Source of the DNA: Leucoraja erinacea
Lineage: Eukaryota
DNA: 64,000 nt
Direction: 5' to 3'
Assembly (NCBI RefSeq): GCF_028641065.1
Contig: NC_073416.1
Location: forward strand, 6,696,001-6,760,000
Part shown: piece after piece, positions 48,421 through 61,096 of the stretch
How positions within the stretch are numbered: position 1 is the first letter of the stretch
Layout of the letters: every line of letters starts with the position of its first letter
The notes under the pieces: model-generated
Database searches by the model: none
The model's input: only the letters and a program-made list of their open reading frames with translations
What the model was told of the DNA's origin: nothing
Made by a program: the position numbers and the translations under genes

Positions 48421-49494
48421 CTGTTGGGGAAAAGATTAGAGTGGTTTAAGTCCAGGTGCCTGTGCTGCAAGTACCTAGACTTGCGTGGCAAGACAGCCAC
48501 TCAATTCTGCTGTGTGATTGACTAAGATCATGGGTGATCCTGTACTTCTCTGCCACCCAGTCCCCATTCCCTGTCGAAATGATCTGTCAGATTCAGCCTT
48601 GAATGTACTGAGCAAAAGGCTATATGGGGGTGGAAGTGAATCCCAGAGGATCACAACCTTCTGCACAAAGGAATATCTCCTCAACTTCGTCTTGAACTGG
48701 TGGTCCCTCAAACCTCACTGCTGGATTTACTCTCCAGTGTGAAGAAACAGCCTTGGTACCAACCCTGTCATTTGGCATCATTGCACATCAGTGCAGTACC
48801 TTCACCTGCCCAGGTCACCCCTTTGTGCCAACTCTGGCTCAAGGCATTCACGGAGGCTTGGTCACTTCTCCTTCCTGCAACTGCTCTACCCCTCACACTC
48901 CTATAAAGGTTGCCAAACACGCACATTTGCATAGTCAGGCCTTCCCTCGGCCAAATGGAAAGTCCGACTCATTAGCCAACATGAAGACCATTTCTAAAGA
49001 AAGACAAAATGCTGAAGTAACTCAGCATGTCAGGCAGCATGTCTGGAGAAAATGGATAGATGACGTTTAGGGTCAGGACCCTTCTTCAGATTGATTGCAG
49101 GGGGAGCGGGGAAAGAGGGTCTCACAGAACTCCTTACGGGCAAAGGAAGGGAACTTCTTCAAAGTAGGCATGTCCAAGGAGATTTCGTAGTGGAGCAGTC
49201 AAAATGTAACAAGGAACTGCAAATGCTGGTTTCTGACCGACTTTTGATCAATATTGAAAAGTTTTCTTTGTACACGACTTTGTTTTTCTTTGGGTTGTCC
49301 TGGAGACGAATCTTTAATGTTCGAGTCCAGAAAAAATCCTGGATGGTTACATCTCCAGTGAACTGCCACATGAACCTTAAATGCATGTTATGGTGCCCAT
49401 CGCCAATTAATTGTGGCTATTTTGGAGCTGGGTTCTGAGCCACAGACCCCAGACTAAAAAGTTTCTCCTAGTAGCAGAACCATTTAAAGAGAGA

Positions 49495-50305
49495 AAAGAC
49501 AAAGTGCTGGAGTATCTCAGTGGGTCAGGCGGCAAGTCTGGAGAACACAGACAGGTGATATTTCAGGTTGGGACCCTTCTTCAGACTGATTGTGATAAGG
49601 GGGTGGGGGAGATTAAGGTGGAGGAGAAGATAAAGCCTGGCAAGTGATCGGTGGATACATGCGAGGGTTTTTTTAAATGATACAGGCAGATGGTTGGACA
49701 AAGGCCAGAGATGAAAAGCAATAGGTGTGAAATAAACATAGAAGATTTGCAAATTGTGAAGTCGAAGGAAGGAATGTAGGTGAAAGGTCCATCGACTGGC
49801 ATCAACCACAAACCCAACAACTCCCCAGTTTCTGTCCTGGGCCTCCTCTATTACCAGAGTGAGGCTACATGTAAACTGGAGGAACAGCACCTCATATTCC
49901 GCTTGGGTAGCATACAACTCAACAGTATGAACATTAAATTCTCCAATTTTAGGTAACTAACCAAAAACGCGTCCCCCTTCTTCCTCTCTCCCCCAACGCC
50001 TCTTCCCTGTGCCCCACCTGAATTCACACTGATTTATCCCCTCCCCTTCCTTTCTCTGGCGTCACAATTTCTATCCAAATGTCACACCTTTTGTCTTTTC
50101 ATCTCTGGCCTTTGTCTAAGCATCTGCCTATTATTACAAAAAAAAAACAGGCTTTGTGGTAGGGCGATCAATCTGAAGAAAGGTCCAAACCCGACCTGTA
50201 ACGTCACCTGTACATGTTCTCCACAGATGCTGCCTGACCCGCTGAGTTACTCCAGCACTTTGTCTCTCTATTTTGTAAACTAGCATCTCCAGTTCCTTGT
50301 TTCTC
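49495..50305. mobile_element. Penelope-like element 3' end with an inverted terminal-repeat copy on its 5' side
   Basis: + strand 49830-49955 reads SVLGLLYYQSEATCKLEEQHLIFRLGSIQLNSMNIKFSNFR*; terminal repeat at 50170-50305 is mirrored in inverse orientation from about 49495. Confidence 0.72.
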
Positions 50306-53300
50306 CATTTCCAAGGAGAAAGGTGTTTGACAGCTCTTGATATGGTTTGCTGGATGGAATCTTTGGTACAAGGACAACAAAATGGTGGCACCATAGTAAT
50401 CTCCACAAGCAGTGCCATCCCTCCACAATGTTTGTATTATCTCTCGATGTGTGGAAGGGGAGGTGGGAGGAAGATCAATCAACATCAGCTGTGGCCCCAA
50501 GGGTGTCCACAATGCACTGGGAGGTATCTGTGCAAATCTTGTAAATCAAGTTTGAGATTTCTTCATCCTCAAACCCATAGCCCTTAACATGACCTTTGTT
50601 TAGGACACAAAGCAGGAATGCAAGGCGAGGTTACAATGTTTATTATAAAATGCTAATAAAACAAATTTTCCTCATTTGAGAAAAGTACACAAAGGTAGTA
50701 AGAGGCTTTTTCAATGTCTCCATAAAATGCTGAAAAACCATTTCAGAGATATCCAGTGAAAAGTGCGCATGAACTCTTTCAGGTTGGTAAAGTAGTCACT
50801 GTTTTGCCATCGTCAGCCTAATCACTAAACGGGGCCACGGCCTGCAGGAAGAAAACCAATAGAAAAAGACAATTACTCAAATGACGATGTAAATGTGCTA
50901 AACTTTCACTAAAGAGTATCCGTTTTCACGGACCCCCATGGTTCATCTAAGTGATTCATAATGGTGCGCAGCCAAAGAACCCAGTCACCTGAGGTAGGCT
51001 TCTCTGGACCAGGTACAATATTCCAATGTCACAGGGAGAGCACGGCCTGGCAACGTTCAGTCCTGCTTGTGGAGTGGGGTAGTTTGTAACAGGTTGTGCA
51101 AGTAGCCATGGTGGAGCATCATCACAAGGAAACAACGTGCACAAGGGCAGAGCATGTCGAACTGCACTGAACAGCTCATATATACGCACATATCCACTCA
51201 ACGGTGAGCTGGCAGAGTGCTGTGGGCTAAGTGCAAGTAGCAACACATAGGGGAGGCTTCATCATGGAGACTACAGTGAGTGTACAAGCCATTTGTCACA
51301 GCCCAGCAGTTTCCCTGATGTGTCAATCTATAATTATCCCCGACATCAACACTTGGATTCTAAACTGAGCAGTTATTCGGATTTATTTGTATTTATAAAC
51401 AGGATTCACTCCACGCGATCTCATCCGAGGATGAGTCTCAGTTCCCCATTTCCACTGTCCCATTTGGGCAGGGGACAAGGGAGGGCTGGGGAGAAGATCC
51501 TTTAGACCCGTGGTTTCATTTGAGAAGGATGAATTTTGGAGCACGTCTCTGCTCAGATTGCACTCCTTCCAAACATTAAATAAACAGATTCCATCTGAAG
51601 CCCATTTCTAAGACCACCATTCTGAGCCATTGTCTCTTCCTCCCACTGGCAAGGTCAACATTTAGTGCCATCCCTAACTGCCCTTGAGAAGGTGGGGGTG
51701 AGCCACCATCTTGGACTGTTGCCATCCTTCTGGTGAAGGTGCTCCCACATTGCTGTTGGGGAGTGTTCCAGGAGTCAGATCAAGTGACAAGGAACAGCTT
51801 AGATTACATTTACTGGTTGGGATGGCAGGCAACTTGGAGGGGGAACCTCCAGGCGATGGTGTACCATGCACTTGCTGCCCTCGACCACGGGATAGTTAGC
51901 ATGACAATGGGGGAGGTCCCGTCTCACAAATGTTATATAGGAAGTGAAGATGATTAACGAGGGTAGCGAATGTTGCCTACAATTTGCTTGAGCAGGGGTC
52001 ATCAGGTTTTGATAGGTCTCTGTACCAAACTAAATGTATTGGAAACATTAATAACTAAACCACAACAAGAGCTGACCCGTCTCTTAGGGCACCAGCAATT
52101 CAAGAGCAGCCTTGAGCATTACCTTGAGAGACAATGATAACAAGGCTTTACATTGAATTGGCCCTGAAACTGCAGATTGGAACAAGCAATTCTATAGGAG
52201 AGAAAAACAAAGTTGATGATCTGGCGATGAGGGGGCGGGGGGAAATATAAATGCTAAAGACATTATAATTATCTCAAAGAACATTCTCCTTGGAAAATAC
52301 TAGTTACTGATACAATTTGGTGCAGTGTGCTTCTTCAGCACACACGACCATGGGAAGCTTATTGAAAGGTTTACGTTTGTTATAATTTCACAAACAATTG
52401 TTCTACTCCATATCTCAGAATGCATTTCTCCTATGTAGGTTAAATGATTTAAACACACACAAATGCTCTGAAAATCAGGGCTGTGTGGTGGACTGAGAAC
52501 ATGCACACAAACGCCCAATTACTATTTGTTCTCTGCACCCAGGTGCTGGCACGAACTAAGGAGAGAGGTTGAATTTATGACATTTAAAGCAAGAATTTCA
52601 TTGTCCTATCTGGGACACGTGACAATAAATTCTCTTGAATCTACCTTTCAGGTTTTATTCACTCCTTTGTTTTACAACAATACATTTGCTCTTTCTAAAA
52701 ATACTGGAACAGCAAGGCAGTTCACATGAGAACATAATTCCCCCCCATAAACCACCCACAGCAGGGCTGGGGATAACTCGCTTGAATTCAGCTGCCATTC
52801 TTGTGCCTCCATCATGTGCTAGAATGTTCGCTGTGGTGAAGGGGATGACTTTTGAGCAGCAATTGAACAGCTGGTCCTATGCTCACAGGAGTTCAAAAGA
52901 ACGAGAGATGATTTGAGGGGGCTTAACAGTGTGGATACTGAGTGGATGTTTCCCCTTGTGAAAGAACTTAACACGAGAAGCACAATAAGGGGTTAGTTAT
53001 CTAATTAACACAGAGAAGAGGTGGAATTATTTATATTGAAGGACATGAATCTTTGGAATTCTCTCCTCTGGAGAACTGTGAAGGAGGAGTCAATGAATAT
53101 ATTACAGGCCGAGACAGTGTTTTCGACCTTCAATCAATCAAGGATAATCAAGCAGGAAAGTGGAGCCAAGGCCAAGTTCAGATCAACCATGATCTTAGTT
53201 AATGTGGGGCAGGCTCGAGTGGCCCTCCCGCTCTTATTTTGGACAGACATATGGATAGGAGGGGTTTAGAGGGCTATGGGCCGAATGCAGCAAACAGGAC

Positions 53301-53595
53301 TAACTTGGTCAACATGCACAAGGTGGGCCAAAGGGCCCGTTTTTGTGCTGTATGGCCCAATGATTATGGGAGACTATTTCTTATGTTACTTCTCTGTGAG
53401 AGCTGACTCTCTTCCTCTTAATTCATCCCAAAGCTTTCCTGAGGTCTCCCACCAGAGGCGTTGGTCTCAGTTGTGTCTTGCTCCTCCACTGGACCCTCCT
53501 ACTCCCCTTTTCCACGAGTTGTTAAACCGAGGGGCCGCTTCCTCTGTGCCTCGGTTTTACACAAGATTCCTAAAGGCACTATTCTGAAGAAGGGT

Positions 53596-53743
53596 TTAAG
53601 AAGGAACTGCAGATGCTGGAAAATCAAAGGTAGACAAAAATGCTGGAGAAACTCAGCGGGTGAGGCAGCATCTATGGAGCAAATTTTCCTTTGCTCCATA
53701 GATGCTGCCTCACCCGCTGAGTTTCTCCAGCATGTTTGTCTAC
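53596..53743. mobile_element. Near-perfect hairpin Penelope-derived insertion with 15-bp direct repeats
   Basis: 54-bp arms at 53630-53683 and 53690-53743 (1 mismatch), 6-nt loop; ATTCTGAAGAAGGGT at 53581-53595 and 53744-53758. Confidence 0.8.
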
Positions 53744-53877
53744 ATTCTGAAGAAGGGTGGGAGGCTGCTTCTCTTGGCTTTCTAGTTTGAGGGAATCGAG
53801 GGAAATTTCTACACCCCCGAGTCACTCAGGAACGGGGCATGTAGTGAACTAGGACTGGGCTAACTAAAACATAAACC

Positions 53878-54000
53878 TTGAAGAAGGGTCATGACCCGAA
53901 ATATAATGTCCATTTCTTGCCACAGATACTGCCTGACCCACCATGTTACTCTAGCGCTGCGTTTTACTCTAGATTCCAACATCTGCAGTTTATTGTGTCA
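53878..54000 (+). mobile_element. Degraded Penelope-derived short element
   Basis: TGAAGAAGGGTCATGACCCGAAA...AGATACTGCCTGACCC...CATCTGCAGTT. Confidence 0.6.
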
Positions 54001-55469
54001 CCATCTCTCCTTAAAAGGCTGTGCAAACATCAAAGAACTCTGAGCAACAGAGGTCTTGCCAGACACCAAGATTTTCAGACACCTTTCTGAAAAGCTAGAG
54101 CTTACACTGTCATGCAAAGAGTTTCTCATTTGAGCAGTAATTTGAGTAAAGGCACACTGAGCATGCACCAACAAGCAGAGTGCGAGACACAGCCGCTGTG
54201 AAGTGACAACGTGTTAATAAACTCTGCTCCTCCAATTATTTCACAAAGCAATCAACCCGAGCGACTGCCACCATGTTCCACCTGCTGCATGCAATTGGAA
54301 CACTTTGTTCAGCACACGTAGCAACACTACTGAAAAAAACAGGCAGGTCTTCAAACAATTTTGGGCAGACCAAAAAGTGGGACAACGAATGGTCATGGAC
54401 AGACTTGCCAAGTTCTTAGTGAAAATTGTCGAAAGAGCCTTGTGTATAATACTCAATTCTGAGCTTTTGCCGAATTATAATCACAGTACTCTGTGTCCCA
54501 AATTCATTTATATTTGACTAGTGAAATCAACCATGGAATGAAAAGAGGGAGAAAGGTGACAGGACTCCAGCAAAATCTATTCACACCTTCCTCCACCAAT
54601 TAGATACCATCGCCTCAAAATTGTACACCCGTCAAAGTCTGCGAGAAAATGCTGGCAGCACACGGCAGAGGGAGGTGTCATCACAAGACATGGTTGAGGG
54701 CTGTGGTGCCCTTTTTGGGAGCAGTTGCGACTCACTCTGTACTGAATCTCTGAAGTTCATTCCAAGCAAAGGTGTGCAGATGAATGCACTCAGCAGAGAC
54801 CACAATAAGGTCAGTTCATAGCAACATAAACAAGCAGAATTCGACACCCAGCACACCCTTCCCTTTGTCATGTGCATCAGATGACCTCCTGATTCCTACA
54901 TCAGAGTCAGGATGTCTTGTATCCAAATCCTGTTTCAGAAACATGAACACAAAAATTAAGACCAACATTAAAGAGTTGCCAATGGAGTGATTCCCTGCGG
55001 GATGTGTGGGGCAAGGGAGCTGTATTTTTGGCAGTTGTATTTTTGTGATGAAGTATAAAAAACACAGCTCATTTCTCCATCACTACTTCTCAATATGAAC
55101 ATACAATTTCCTTTGAAACAATGTTAGAGATGACAATTTTAATCCTTAAATCACCATTCCTAAAGTAACTGGTCGAAATAAAGAGCACTTGCATTCAATT
55201 GAACACAGTTTCAGCATCAAATAGTCACAATGGACAGTGTTGAGGTTTCACGCTGATTGGACATTAATGAATATTTGCCAAAGGAATCTTAAGAATTCTG
55301 CAAGGGTCACTGTCTAATCCAATATAATTCACATAATTCGCTTTTTAAAAAATGACTTGCAAGTTACTCCAGTGGAATTTATATTGGAGAAAATTTCAGG
55401 AGATAGAGGAAAACATTTCCACAACACTGACTGCCAAACATACCAACAAGCCATACACATTTTATTTAC

Positions 55470-55729
55470 CTTCATTTTGCGCACATTGAGTTTCTCTTCC
55501 TTCAAATGATCACGAAGCATTTGCCGGTGAAGGTGTTCCTGCTCCTGAGCATACTCGCAGAGTGTGTACCTGCGGATGCAGTTGTGGCGCCTGGCCATGC
55601 CGAGGGAGCTGCCACCTTGGCTGGGCACACTGGTGAATCCCTGGCGGCGGGTGAAGTAGTAGACAGTGACCTGATCAAAGCGAACGTTCTTGGCCCTCAG
55701 CCGCTTGTGCTTCTTTAGGATTGAGGTTG
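55470..55729 (-). CDS. CSRNP2: CSRNP2 coding exon 2
   Basis: (P)TSILKKHKRLRAKNVRFDQVTVYYFTRRQGFTSVPSQGGSSLGM...LKEEKLNVRKMK|gtaaat. Confidence 0.95.
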
Positions 55730-56044
55730 CTGAAACAGAGCAGAGGGGTTGTCAGTCACTGCTCTGTGAACGGTACAAGGGAGTAGAAGACACACACGCA
55801 CATACACAGTGCACCAACATTCACGGAGAGGGCACACTACAGTCGAATCTATCCATTTTTGAAGACCCCCTGTGGGAGGCTGCCGTGCACAAACTACCTG
55901 GCAAGTTTCCTCCATAATGAGCACTTCAAAAGAAAAAGTACCTAATTGGCTGCAAAACAGTCTGGGGCTCAAAATTGCACGTCTTTTTTTCAAATAGGAA
56001 GGCTAGGCAAGAGGGAATTAAAAACACTAACACTTAGACCACTA

Positions 56045-56350
56045 CAGCACAGCTAGTAGAGCCGCTGCCTCAGTGCTAGAGAGCCGGGTTCAATCCTGAC
56101 CTCTGATGCTTTGTGCATATAGAGTTTGCATGTTCCCCCCCCCATTCCCAAAGACGTGCGGATCGGTAAGTTCATTATCCACTGTGCATTGCCTCTAGTG
56201 GGCAAAAGAGTGGTAGAATTTGGAAGGTGTGGATGAGAATGTGCGGAAAATTAAAATAGGATTAACGTACAGTTAGCGCAAATGAGTGATGGACAGTCGA
56301 TGTGTACTCTGTGGTCTAAAGGGCCGGTTTCCGTGCTATATCTCTCTATG
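56045..56350 (+). mobile_element. Degraded tRNA-derived SINE
   Basis: GGGTTCAATCCTGACCTC..GAGTTTGCATGTTC..CCCAAAGACGTGC..AAGGGCCGGTTTCCGTGCT. Confidence 0.6.
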
Positions 56351-59021
56351 AGTGCCTTCTGACTTTGGTGCCTTCCCACACAGTGGGAAACTTTGATTCT
56401 GCTGTGTGGGGATGTTTTATGTCAAACCCTATAGTGTGTTGTGTCCTGTTGATTTTTATTGTATGGCTGTATGGGAATTTCATTTCACTGTGCCATCTGG
56501 CACATGTGATTAATAAATCTATCTTGTATCTTGTCTTTCAGAATCATATTATATAGGAAACAATTCAACCTTATGTGTACTTGCCAATTTAAAAAAAAAT
56601 GTTTTAATTTTTTAATTTTTTTTTAAAGGAACTATCCACATCCCCTGCGACCCCAAGAGGGAAGACCCCCTGCCGCAGAGTCAGAAAGCCAGATGAGCTT
56701 TTAAACCTCTGCCATGATATTAGTCCTGTTGGTGAGAGGCAGGTTTGACTGCTCAGAGAACCCAGGCTAGTCGACATTCGGAGTCCAACATCCTTACAAT
56801 TCACCTTGGCGGAGGGGGACAAAAGCTTTTTAAGTCCAATCCTGAACTCAAAGGTCAGTGTCAGAACAGCGAGTTCTTCAGGGTCCATCAATCATCTGAA
56901 GCAACGAAGGAAGGATTACATCAAATTAAAGCAGCTTGTCCCTTTGTGAGAAACAGACAGTGTCTGGGGAAAGGGAAATCATCTGTGAAATTTGGTTGAA
57001 ATTGAACAGAGCCTTTCACTGAGACAGGAAGAACAGGTTTCTGGGAGCACCATTTCCAATTTTCAGGAAACAAACACATCACCTCAGCAGTTTTGTAAGG
57101 CCCATTAGTTTGATCTTTACAGATGATTGTTTCTCACGGAGCCCATTGTGAAGACTACTTTGTTGCAGCCCAGCTGCAGAAAGGCCTGTAAGCTCTTTGC
57201 AAGAGAGGTAGTGTCCCCCCTGCCCCTTAAATTAAAACATTTTGGTTTCCCCTTCCTGACCCACTCGTCTGTGCGGTAAGGTCGCTACTAATTCTTTGCT
57301 ATCCGTGTCTTTTTGAATCAAGTGGCTTGCAGAGACTGATGGGAAAGGCAACCGACTTCATAACAAGAACACCACATGCTGGTCCTTGATGAACACTGTA
57401 CCAAGTTTGTAAAATAAAAACACATAATTATTTTTGAGAGTAGCGAGGTTAATGCGAAACAGGCAATATTGCATCAGATGCCTATTATACAGCGAGCATG
57501 ATTTTCAGCTTAACAGTGAATGAAATGTAGAATTGGCAGGAATGTAATAACTACCACCATGACACTTGTGATAGACACCACGACCCTACACTCAGCAAAA
57601 TGCTGGATAAAATCAGCTGAGTCCAACCCAGAAGGGCAATTCGGTCCTTCTAAGTGTGCTACAGACACACTTAGATTTACGGAATCATTGAGCTTCAGCA
57701 TGGAAACAGGCCTTTCAGCCCACCTTGTCCATGCCAACCAAGTTGCCATTCAGGGCTGCAGTCCAATTTGCTCGAATTTGGCCTATATATCCCTCTAAAC
57801 TCTACCCAGCGTCATAATTCCAAAAGCACCTGTTTTTCTGTGCTTAGTGCGGACATTTCAAGTTAGTGAACAGAAGAGTTATTTCAGGAATGTGAAAGTC
57901 AAAATTAGCCAATGCCAACACAGCAAAGCCCATTCCCAGCAAATCAGCAGACCAAACGGGGTTGGAGATTGCAACCTTCACGTGGTCCGCCCTGTTTCGA
58001 CTAATGCAATCAACCTGGCGTGCACAATCAAGTAAGATCAAATAGAACAAATTGTCCTACAACTTTAGGCTGTGCACGTGCAAGAAGAAGAAGCAGCACC
58101 AAACCACCACCACCCATCACCCCCCCTCCCCCCCCACCGGTCGATTTACCGAGAGACAGTTTGAGAATGAGGGGTGGAGTGGAATCAGTTGTCACATGGA
58201 ACAGTCAAGGCAACAACTGTCAAAAGGTTAGATCATTTGAAACAGATGAGGCAAAGGGCTATGGGGGGAAAAAAGCTTAAGGTACTGTGAACTTAAGAGT
58301 CTGCACATCCCTATGGGCTGAACCACCTCCTTTGCAATGAACCCTGGCCAGAGATCCTTGCAGATTAAAAAGTGATTGCTTATATGGATGTGGGAGTAAA
58401 TTCAGTCCAGCTCCGCCATCTTTAAAGCTCTTTGAGAAATAACAATATTCACTGGATTGATTAAAAACAAGGTTGTAGCTCGTACCCGTTGTCCTGGTGC
58501 CAACATTCAGTTCACTAATTTTCTTGCAGCCTCTTATTTATTCCTCCTTTTCATATTGTGAATACTTAAAAAGGCAAACAATGCAGGCAAGAATAAATGG
58601 AAGGGACTGATGCCACATCCCATTCAGAAACATTCACAGTGGTCCTGGCTATCAGTTGCCTCGTCCCCCTCTAGTTTCTCTCCCTCCTCTCGGAATGGAA
58701 ACATTTCCACCACTGTGTAAGATACTTCTATCTTTCCTTATTTGACAATGTTCTAGGTTGTTTTAAATATGAAAAAAAGCACAAACTCCCAGCATAGAGG
58801 TCAAGTAGGCTGAATATTGGCACAGGAACAGAAAGGCTGTAGAATACCGGCTTTGGGGTTTCAGTTTCAAAATTGACAGGGCAAAAATTCCCACATCCCA
58901 CTAGGGTTATGATTTGATTTTCTATTCTCACCACTTAGTGAGGACAACTAAAACACTAAACATGCTAAGGCTGCAATACAAAGGTGAGGCGCTGCCCCGT
59001 TCAAATGCTTGAGACACCTAC

Positions 59022-59181
59022 GGCGCAACTCCCTGGAGCTGGGAGAGTTGAGGCTGTCACAGCTGTCTGCACTGTCGCTGCTGGAAACATCATCATCCGA
59101 TTCCTTGGGTGAAGAGCACAAGGACGAACCGTCCACCTCTTCAAACTTGCGCTTCAGGTTCACACTCACTTCTACCTCCAT
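59022..59181 (-). CDS. CSRNP2: CSRNP2 coding exon 1 (start codon; a non-coding upstream exon probably lies outside the window)
   Basis: tttaacag|GGTGAACA ATG: MEVEVSVNLKRKFEEVDGSS...SSSDSADSCDSLN..ELR|gtaggt; LKRKF and DSADSCDSLN match CSRNP2. Confidence 0.92.
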
Positions 59182-61096
59182 TGTTCACCCTGTTAAAGAG
59201 AAGGAGAATGTCACCGCACAGAACTATTACCGTCACCTCCCCTCATTATATAAGTAATAATCATCATCAGCATGTGGATCAGCATCTTTAGATCACCGGA
59301 ATTACGGAAAATAAAGTTACGCTTCCAATCCCAACCCCAGGATGTCACAAAAATGCAGCTAGAGTTGTAATTTAGACCAGCAATTTGTGCAGAGAAAGCC
59401 GCCACAAAGTGCAACATGAAAGTGAACAGATAATGTGTTTCATGATTGGTGGGCAAGGGATACATTTTGTTCCTTTAGCACCAAGGAAAACTCCCCTACC
59501 GTTCCTCAAAATGCGGCCAGAAATTCTATCACCGGAGCTCTTCAGTCATGTCCAAACACTTGGCACGGGTTACTGATTTGATCAGCCATGATCACAATGA
59601 ATGGCAGTGCTGGCTCGAAGGGCCGAATGGCCTCCTCCTGCACCTATTTTCTATGTTTCTATGTAACACTCCCACACTTTGACGCTCTTTCAGAATTAGC
59701 TTGTCACTCGTGCACTAAATGTCAACACAAAAGAATCCCTCCATTTCATCAAATCACTTGCACAATGTGGTATATGAATGTACAAGAGGCATAGATAGGC
59801 CAGTTACCGAGAGTCTCATTCCTATGAGTGTGGTGTCAAAAACTAATGGGCATAGGTTTAATGTGCAAGATAGCTTTAAAGAGGACATGAAGGGCAAATC
59901 TTTCCACATGGGATATGGAATTAATGCAGGCAAGGAGAGTAGTGTGGATGGGCATGGTGGTCTGCATCAAAACGTTGGGCAGAATGGTCTGTTTCTACGT
60001 TCTATGACTCATTCTGTAGCACTGTTTGAGTCCAATGAATTCATGCATCCACACCCCCACTCAATGGCTTCCCACAGAAGGCTGCGCAGTGTGAAATCTG
60101 AGCACTTGCAAATCATTTTCTAATCCTTTGCTGCTGCCAAAACAAATTGGGCTGCATTTTAAGATGAAAATTCACCAATGGATGAACATTTTTTTGCAAC
60201 CCCCCCACCCCACCCACTCGTCTTGCCTGCTTGTAATGCTGACTGCAAGTGAGCCCTCAGTACTTGCAATTCACTTTGGGGTATGTCTGAGTTTCATTCT
60301 CTCTGCTCCTAACTTCCACCACAGTCAAGTCACCGCCACTGGCACAGAAAATCTGCTGGAAGGTGAACTCCCACCATGCAGAGGGTTGGTTGCAAGTTCA
60401 GAACCCACAACCAACCACATACGCCACTTCAGTGTAGAAAGAGGGAGTGCTGCACTCTCAGCTGGGCATTGAAGGTCCCAAGGTCCTAAACAACACCAAA
60501 CTTTCCCCAAGTGTCTCATAAGTCGACAGGCATCCCTCACTTTGTACCAGATGAGCTGACGATTGCTATTTGCTGGAACTTGCAGTCAACAAATTGGCTG
60601 TTATCTTTTCTATGTTACGTTAGTGACTTCGCTTCAAGTGTGCCCAGAAATTATACCTTGGTCAGCCAATATCCACAAAACACAAACAAACCAGTCTCCA
60701 ATCTCTGTACTGTCAGTGCTAAAAGACAATCATCTAACAATCTGAGACGCCTTTTTAATATAATGTACTCATACAAAACAAAAAAGGAAGACTTATCAGT
60801 TATATCTCTGGATGCAGAGAAAGCATTTGATCAGGTAGAATGGCAGTATTTATACAAAGTACTCCAAAAATTCAATATGGGAGAGAAATTTATTAAATGG
60901 GTTAAATTACTATATGATAAACCAATGGCTAGAATACTAACTAATAATATGTTATCTCCAAAATTTCAATTATCGAGGGGCAATAGGCAGGGTTGTGTTT
61001 TATCACCCCTGCTATTTGCACTTATGATAGAGCCGCTAGCTGAAAGGATAAGAAGGCATCCGGATATTCAGGGATATAATACTAAGAATACTAGTA

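Noticed and set aside
49159-49438. Protein-like ORF (WQFTGDVTIQDFFWTRTLKIRLQDNP)
   Set aside because: No recognisable family or splice context, and it is flanked by Penelope debris; cannot be supported without a search
53461-53825. Mirror ORFs sharing CWRNSAGEAASMEQ on both strands
   Set aside because: Artefact of the DNA hairpin
54810-54929. Possible cryptic CSRNP2 exon after a phase-0 acceptor (DLDTRHPDSDVG...)
   Set aside because: No convincing donor before an in-frame stop, and the canonical exons already join to give the conserved MK-LTKNG sequence
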